Shown one piece after another: positions 58,417 through 64,000 of a DNA stretch of 64,000 nt. The notes under the pieces were generated by a model. It had not been told where the DNA came from, did not search any database, and saw nothing but the letters and a program-made list of their open reading frames with translations. How positions within the stretch are numbered: the first letter of the stretch is position 1; every line of letters begins with the position of its first letter. Position numbers and translations under genes: made by a program. Source of the stretch: Candidatus Helarchaeota archaeon (lineage in GTDB: Archaea; Asgardarchaeota; Lokiarchaeia; Helarchaeales; RDOG01); contig JAHPZH010000004.1 in assembly GCA_019058315.1 (NCBI GenBank), positions 480,001-544,000 on the forward strand, given 5' to 3'.

Positions 58417-59904
58417 ATGAACGCAGAGGAAGCAGAAAAATTCGAAGAACTCTTGAATCCAAGAGGTATTGCGATTATAGGGGCTACAGAGAACCCAATG
58501 AGTGGAGGATATGGGTTTATGAGGGCTTATCTTACATCATCATATCCTCAAGACAAAATATATCCAATTAATCCAAAAAGAGATAATGTTTTCGGTCTAA
58601 AAGCATATCCAAATCTACAAAGTATTCCTTATCCTGTGGATTATGCTATTATTGGTATTCCAAAAGAAATTATACTTGAAACTCTAGAAAGTTGTGTTGA
58701 AAAAGGTGTAAAATTAGTTCATATTTTCACTGCAGGTTTTTCTGAACTAACTGGTTTTAAAGAAGAAGGAAAGAAAATAGAACAAGAAATGTTAAAAATT
58801 ACAAGAGGAAAATTGCGCATTTTAGGACCAAATTGTATGGGGTTATATATTCCTAAAAATGGTCTAGTTTTAGCAGCTGAATTGCCAGTCGGATTAGAAA
58901 ATGCTGGAAATATCGCATTTGTTTCTCAATCTGGAGCATTTACCCATGTATTTTCAATTATGGGTCATTATCATGGAATAAAGTTTTCTAAAACTTTTTC
59001 TTACGGCAATGGCATAGATATCAACTGCCCAGAAATATTAGAATATTTAAATGACTATGATTCAGAAACTGAAATAATTTTTCAATATTTAGAGGGATTT
59101 AGGGATAAAGAAACTGCAAATAGATATTATAAGTTTCTTAAAAACTTGAAAAAACCATTAATACTTTTAAAAGGCGGACTTACAAGAGCTGGCTCTCGAG
59201 TTACCATGTCTCATACCAATTCTCTAGCAGGAACATCTGAAATTTATAAATCTCTTATTAAACAAATGGGTATTGTTGAAATATATTCTTTAGATGAAGC
59301 ATTAGATGTCTTAAAACTCTTCCATTTTTGTAGACCTTACCCTCAAGGAAAAAGCGTTGGTTTAATAGGTGGGGGCGGCGGAAATTCTGTTATGATTGCA
59401 GATATTTTTGCAAGAGCTGGATTGGAAGTTCCAAACTTAGATGAAGAAACAGAAAAACAAATCCAATCTTGGTTAGGTGATCAATTTATAAATGGAACTA
59501 TTTCGTGTAATCCAATAGACCTTAATGTTGCCGGATTTGATAATAGAATACTAAAAAATATAATAAAGGCATTCGATAATTCACCTCGAATAGACAATTT
59601 AATAATATTTGAAAATATCGATTTTTTTATTAGTTTTGCAAAAAAAATGAAGCTAGTAGGATTTTCAAAAGATTTTTATAAATTTTTCGTTCGATTAAAG
59701 AAAAAGCTTCAAAAAAACATAATAATAATTTCAGTTCCTGTTATCAGAGAAGCAGATATATTGGGTGAAGCATTTGAGGTTGAGAAACTTTTGCTAAATG
59801 CTGGAATTCCTGTTATGTATTCGCTTGAAGGTACCGCAAATGCATTAGCAAAATTATTGCAATACAAGGAATTTATTGAAAAAAAAATACCTGCAAAAAT
59901 TTGA
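58417..59904 (+). CDS. NDP-forming acyl-CoA synthetase alpha-like subunit
   Basis: AIIGA, ILGPNCMG, SQSG, SHT phospho-His, GGGGG, NPIDL. Confidence 0.88.
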   Translation: MNAEEAEKFEELLNPRGIAIIGATENPMSGGYGFMRAYLTSSYPQDKIYPINPKRDNVFGLKAYPNLQSIPYPVDYAIIGIPKEIILETLESCVEKGVKLVHIFTAGFSELTGFKEEGKKIEQEMLKITRGKLRILGPNCMGLYIPKNGLVLAAELPVGLENAGNIAFVSQSGAFTHVFSIMGHYHGIKFSKTFSYGNGIDINCPEILEYLNDYDSETEIIFQYLEGFRDKETANRYYKFLKNLKKPLILLKGGLTRAGSRVTMSHTNSLAGTSEIYKSLIKQMGIVEIYSLDEALDVLKLFHFCRPYPQGKSVGLIGGGGGNSVMIADIFARAGLEVPNLDEETEKQIQSWLGDQFINGTISCNPIDLNVAGFDNRILKNIIKAFDNSPRIDNLIIFENIDFFISFAKKMKLVGFSKDFYKFFVRLKKKLQKNIIIISVPVIREADILGEAFEVEKLLLNAGIPVMYSLEGTANALAKLLQYKEFIEKKIPAKI

Positions 59905-59908
59905 GAAA

Positions 59909-60430
59909 TTAATTCTGTAATTTCTTCAATTTCTTCTCAACGCTCTGTAATTGCCATTCTAAATTTTCTTTAATTTTTAACAGAAATTTCTTTTGTTCTT
60001 CTTTAGAATAATTCTGCAATATGGTATCGCTATATTCATCTAATAAAATAGGTGGAGGGGGATGTTCTTCATCATCTTGAATAAAAGTTTGAATTATTGA
60101 ATTGAGAAAAGTGTCTAAATCATTTCGAAACACATTAACAAGTTCTTCTCCCTTCTTAGTTAATTTATAAATTTTCTTTTCTCGCTTTCCAAGCCGTTCT
60201 AATTCGATATATTCTTTTTTCTCTAAAAAATTTAATATTCCATAAATAGATGAATGACTAGGTCTTAATTTCCCAAAGGTACGTTCTTCTATCATTTTAA
60301 TTAATTCATAACCATGTGATGGTTTCTCTTGAATTAACATTAAAATAAAAAAATGTAAATGAGTTTTTTTTGGTTTTTTGAAAAAATCCGGAATTTCAAG
60401 ATCACTTTCAGTATCTTCCATCAATCTCAC
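59909..60430 (-). CDS. PadR-family transcriptional regulator
   Basis: ILMLIQEKPSHGYELIKMI, PSHSSIYGIL..LE, KKIYKLTKKG. The start may be the ATG at 60421. Confidence 0.9.
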   Translation of the reverse strand: MRLMEDTESDLEIPDFFKKPKKTHLHFFILMLIQEKPSHGYELIKMIEERTFGKLRPSHSSIYGILNFLEKKEYIELERLGKREKKIYKLTKKGEELVNVFRNDLDTFLNSIIQTFIQDDEEHPPPPILLDEYSDTILQNYSKEEQKKFLLKIKENLEWQLQSVEKKLKKLQN

Positions 60431-60521
60431 CGAAATACCAGAACCCTCTATTTCAGAATGTTTGCAAAAAATGCAAAACCCTTATATACAGTTTATTTCT
60501 TATCTTTCCTATATGTATGAT

Positions 60522-60550
60522 TTTGACATGTCGTATATAAACATGTCGAA
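60522..60550. promoter_or_regulatory. Putative PadR operator (TTTGACATGT-N9-ACATGTCGAA) straddling a TATA box (TATATAAA, 60534-60541)
   Basis: 9/10 inverted repeat in the divergent padR/ABC intergenic region. Confidence 0.6.
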
Positions 60551-60564
60551 GAAATACATATAAA

Positions 60565-61308
60565 GTGATAGAAATGAAAATACAAACAGACAATATAAAA
60601 CGATGGAAATTTGCAAAGAGTAAATTTAAGTATGTCCTATTAATTTTAACATTTCTAAGTTTGACATTTATATTTTACTCGCAAATACCGGAGGCGAACG
60701 CTAAAACAAATGTAAATTATGCAGATTACAACTACTACAACGTCGATGGAACTGATGTAAATGTAACAATAGATGCATATGTTGGGATCTTAGAGGATGG
60801 AGGTGTTAGTATATGGGGCTTATTTGTAAATGTATTAACTAATACGTCTATTTCTATTGCGAGAATCTGTGGAATCTCGAATGGTTCAAAATATGATAGA
60901 GGACTTACTTTTCCAACATCTAATGAACTTAAAGGTGATACTGCTCTGAAGGAAGAATCTGGACCCTTCCCTTTTAAAATATTTTCTGGTATTATGTTAG
61001 AAAACTTGTTACTTGCACCAGCAATCCACGGAATTCCTAATACGTTTTCATTCGATATGAAATTATTTGTAGGAAATGCTACAAAGAACCAGACTTTCAT
61101 TGTTTCTTCTGGAGAAGATCCTCTTGTTGCATTTATATTCCAAAATCCTGAAACTATTCCAGAAATCGGATCTTTATTCTTCGGTCTAATGTATGGTTTA
61201 CCATTCTTACTACCAATAATGGTAATAATTATCAACGTAATACATGGTAAACTGAAAAAAAGAAATGAACTGAGACTAAAAGAAGGAGGCTCGGCAAATG
61301 AAGGATAA
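60565..61308 (+). CDS. Membrane-anchored extracellular protein
   Basis: N-terminal signal-like helix and C-terminal TM. First gene of the ABC operon. Confidence 0.75.
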   Translation: MIEMKIQTDNIKRWKFAKSKFKYVLLILTFLSLTFIFYSQIPEANAKTNVNYADYNYYNVDGTDVNVTIDAYVGILEDGGVSIWGLFVNVLTNTSISIARICGISNGSKYDRGLTFPTSNELKGDTALKEESGPFPFKIFSGIMLENLLLAPAIHGIPNTFSFDMKLFVGNATKNQTFIVSSGEDPLVAFIFQNPETIPEIGSLFFGLMYGLPFLLPIMVIIINVIHGKLKKRNELRLKEGGSANEG

Positions 61309-62128
61309 ATTAACTAATCCTAAGGTAATCACTTTAATTTTTATTCTCAGTGTGAGTTTAGGCATTTCTGGCGCAATATTTTTTATGCCACAATCGTCAA
61401 TGATTTATCCATTCACACCTTTTATGAGCTACTACTCTAAAATTAGTTATACTCAAAAAACTGGTGAAGCTGCTGAAGAAGCTTATACTGGAATAACTAT
61501 AGTTTGGCTTTCTAAAATCTTCAATGCGACAACAGTCGAAGTATCTGAATTAGAGATAGAAACAGAGTTAGGATTTATACCAATTAATTTTTCAGAGCCC
61601 GTAACTTATCAAGTTAATCTATTGACTCGTAAGATTCTCAATTCGAGCGAAAGGTTTCTTTATTGGGCTTTACCTTATTGGAATCTAATTAATATCCCAA
61701 ATGATGTATTACCACCAATAGATATGGGTGAATACACTAGTTTTGTCACTGGTGAAGAAAATATGATAGTTCTAGAATTAGTAAGAGACACTAAAGTTGC
61801 ATGGTATTGGAATTTAGCTGATCTTTCTGTAGCACATTATGATAAATATAGTGGTATTTTATTAGATTATAAAGCCAGAATCGGAAATTCTTTAGAAATC
61901 TATCAATTGCAATCTATAATCGGTGCTGACCTCGGAATTGATTTTGAATATTATAGCTTGATGATATTATTATTTGCTTTAATACCCTCACTCATTGTAT
62001 ATATTTTTACTTTAGGAATTAGACGGAAGAAAAAAGAAGAGAAAAAGACAACACCACATGAAAGAGCAGAACAAATAAAGAGAAAATCCGTTTTAACAAC
62101 CGAAAAGAAGATTAAGGAGGCAATTTAA
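61298..62128 (+). CDS. Membrane-anchored extracellular protein
   Basis: N- and C-terminal TM helices, YDKYSGILL motif, basic tail. Confidence 0.75.
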   Translation: MKDKLTNPKVITLIFILSVSLGISGAIFFMPQSSMIYPFTPFMSYYSKISYTQKTGEAAEEAYTGITIVWLSKIFNATTVEVSELEIETELGFIPINFSEPVTYQVNLLTRKILNSSERFLYWALPYWNLINIPNDVLPPIDMGEYTSFVTGEENMIVLELVRDTKVAWYWNLADLSVAHYDKYSGILLDYKARIGNSLEIYQLQSIIGADLGIDFEYYSLMILLFALIPSLIVYIFTLGIRRKKKEEKKTTPHERAEQIKRKSVLTTEKKIKEAI

Positions 62129-62129
62129 T

Positions 62130-63065
62130 ATGTATGCAATTGAGACAGATAATTTGAAAAAAGTCTTTGGAACTTATACAGCTCTAAAAGGAATTAGCTT
62201 GAAAGTACCAAAAGGTGTGTGTTATGGATTACTTGGATTAAATGGTGCTGGAAAAACAACAACAATTAAATGTATTTTGGGACTACTTAGGCCAACTGGT
62301 GGAGCAATAACTGTTTTTGGTGAAAAAAGAACAATAAAGACTAATCGATATATTGGATATTTGCCTGAAAGAGTAGAATACGATAAACATGTTATCATTA
62401 GAGATTTTCTTGCTTATGTTGGATTATTAAATTTGCTTCCAAAAAAGGAAATAAGGAAACAAACTGAAGAATTATTAGAATTTGTAGGTTTGGGTGGATG
62501 GGGTGATTCTCCAATAGGTACTCTAAGTGCAGGAATGAAGCAACGATTAGGTTTCGCTCAATCATTAATGGGAAATCCAAAGTTGATAATTCTGGACGAA
62601 CCTACAAGTAATTTAGACCCCGTAGGAAGAGATGAGATGCTTCATAAAATTAAAACAGTCGTTGAACAAGGAATTACAGTTTTTGTATCCAGTCATATAT
62701 TGTCCGAAATAGAGAGAGTTAGTGATCATATTGGTATTATTGCAGATGGTCATGTTTTAGTTCAAGGAGCACTTAATGATATTAGAAGAGAAACAGAGCG
62801 GACACAAGCACCAAAAGTTGAAATAGTTGTTAATAATCCTTCTAAATTGATTTCAGTTCTTGAAGATATAAATTATATTACAAATATAATGAGATCTGAT
62901 CTCAATATTTTAGTAGAAACACAAGATATCGATCAATTAGGAAAAGATATTCCTAAAATCTTAGTGGAAAACGATCTTCAACTGATAAAATATTCACCAC
63001 CTGTTAGTGGTCTACAAGAAATATTCTTAAAAATAATGGAGGAAACTGCATATGCAACAAGATAA
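62130..63065 (+). CDS. ABC-2-type exporter ATP-binding subunit
   Basis: GLNGAGKTT, LSAGMKQR, IILDEPT, SSH. Confidence 0.95.
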   Translation: MYAIETDNLKKVFGTYTALKGISLKVPKGVCYGLLGLNGAGKTTTIKCILGLLRPTGGAITVFGEKRTIKTNRYIGYLPERVEYDKHVIIRDFLAYVGLLNLLPKKEIRKQTEELLEFVGLGGWGDSPIGTLSAGMKQRLGFAQSLMGNPKLIILDEPTSNLDPVGRDEMLHKIKTVVEQGITVFVSSHILSEIERVSDHIGIIADGHVLVQGALNDIRRETERTQAPKVEIVVNNPSKLISVLEDINYITNIMRSDLNILVETQDIDQLGKDIPKILVENDLQLIKYSPPVSGLQEIFLKIMEETAYATR

Positions 63066-64000
63066 AACTAAATTGAAAATGTCTACATCTGAAGTTCAAT
63101 TAAATACAGTTAATAAAGATAATAATGAAAGAATATCTAGGCTCAAACAAAGCTACACACTGTTTATTCAAGAAATAAAGAACGCCATTACTTCTAAAAT
63201 GTATATAGTTTTCGCGTTAATACTATTATTACCAATGGTTATAACATTAATTTCCTTTGCCCTTTCACAATATCCGAGGTACTTAAATGAAGTAAATATC
63301 CAATATTTTCTGAATGGTCCTTATTATCTCTTACGTTTTAGTACTGACGGTGCGATAAATACTTTTAGAGGATTATTTTCAAGTGCAATGGGTATATCTA
63401 TAGGATTTAGTTTTGATGACTTTGGATTTGCTACAATATTCTACTTAAATATTCCTATGATAGCAGTTGTTACAGTGATAGTTTGTGGAATGATTGCAGG
63501 AGATAGAGAAAAGGGGACTTTGGCAATATATGCCTCCAAACCCATATATAGAACTCAGCTTGTACTTATTAGGTATCTGGCTTTCGCGTTAATAAGTTTT
63601 CTACTTACTGCATTAGTATATTTCTGCATGTATTTTGTATATGCATTTTCAATCTTTGGTGCAATAGATTTAATTATTCCTGGAATTGTAGAGACTATTG
63701 ATATACCAATAAATTTAACAATAGTAACATGGTTTTTTATTTTAGCTACAGGATCCATTTCGATATTAATTTCTTCTCTACTAAATCGCGCAGTTTTAGC
63801 TGGAGTCGTTTCATTAATTATCTTAATGGTTCTTTCAATACTTACAAATATCTTAATATTTGTCGTTGGTGCTGTAGCGGAGCCCTTGAAATATATAAAC
63901 CTTCCTAGCATAACACGAGGTTTACTGTACGAATACTTATTGGGATATATCTTTTGGGACACAATTTTCAATATGGTAATAGATTTCGGATATCAATCAG
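63052..64000 (+). CDS. ABC-2-type permease, 3'-truncated (absent from the ORF track)
   Basis: GGAGG at 63038 and ATG at 63052. The translation contains IAGDREKGTLAIYASKPIYRTQLVLIRY and several TM helices; the frame appears to run off the window. Confidence 0.88.
   Translation, partial: MQQDKTKLKMSTSEVQLNTVNKDNNERISRLKQSYTLFIQEIKNAITSKMYIVFALILLLPMVITLISFALSQYPRYLNEVNIQYFLNGPYYLLRFSTDGAINTFRGLFSSAMGISIGFSFDDFGFATIFYLNIPMIAVVTVIVCGMIAGDREKGTLAIYASKPIYRTQLVLIRYLAFALISFLLTALVYFCMYFVYAFSIFGAIDLIIPGIVETIDIPINLTIVTWFFILATGSISILISSLLNRAVLAGVVSLIILMVLSILTNILIFVVGAVAEPLKYINLPSITRGLLYEYLLGYIFWDTIFNMVIDFGYQS

Noticed and set aside
60378-60563. 61-aa ORF across the padR promoter
   Set aside because: It overlaps the padR 5' end and the operator/TATA region and has no protein-like features.
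63555-63971. 138-aa minus-strand ORF
   Set aside because: Antisense to the ABC permease starting at 63052.

Overview
This is an AT-rich archaeal chromosomal window. The density of eukaryotic-signature-like genes (5 small GTPases plus longin, uDENN-like and roadblock domains) points to an Asgard archaeon (Loki-/Helarchaeota-like); this is inferred, as no rRNA marker is present. Positions 1-40.5 kb form a signalling island. It holds six related PAS histidine kinases (up to 3417 aa with ~25 PAS domains), two REC-wHTH response regulators, a GAF-PAS-DUF835-wHTH regulator, three Rab-like GTPases, one Rag/Arf-like GTPase and a beta-propeller/Ig-stalk surface protein. Four kinases lack the acidic H+1 residue, and one is cut by a nonsense codon. 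Positions 40.7-47.3 kb form a tight 10-gene operon and are the best candidate for an undescribed system. It encodes a longin protein, a Rab-like GTPase, a uDENN-like protein, a longin+wHTH protein with NPRL2-like architecture, two tandem paralogous non-retinal 7TM proteins, a degenerate longin, a Zn-ribbon protein and a roadblock protein. Together these look like a membrane-receptor-coupled small-GTPase switch. Positions 47.5-64 kb are mostly housekeeping: YyaL, two ADP-forming acyl-CoA synthetase alpha subunits, IorAB, a CDF exporter, a HEAT protein and a probably PadR-controlled ABC exporter. No rRNA, tRNA, CRISPR array or mobile element was recognised. All domain calls are made by eye from motifs, without database searches.
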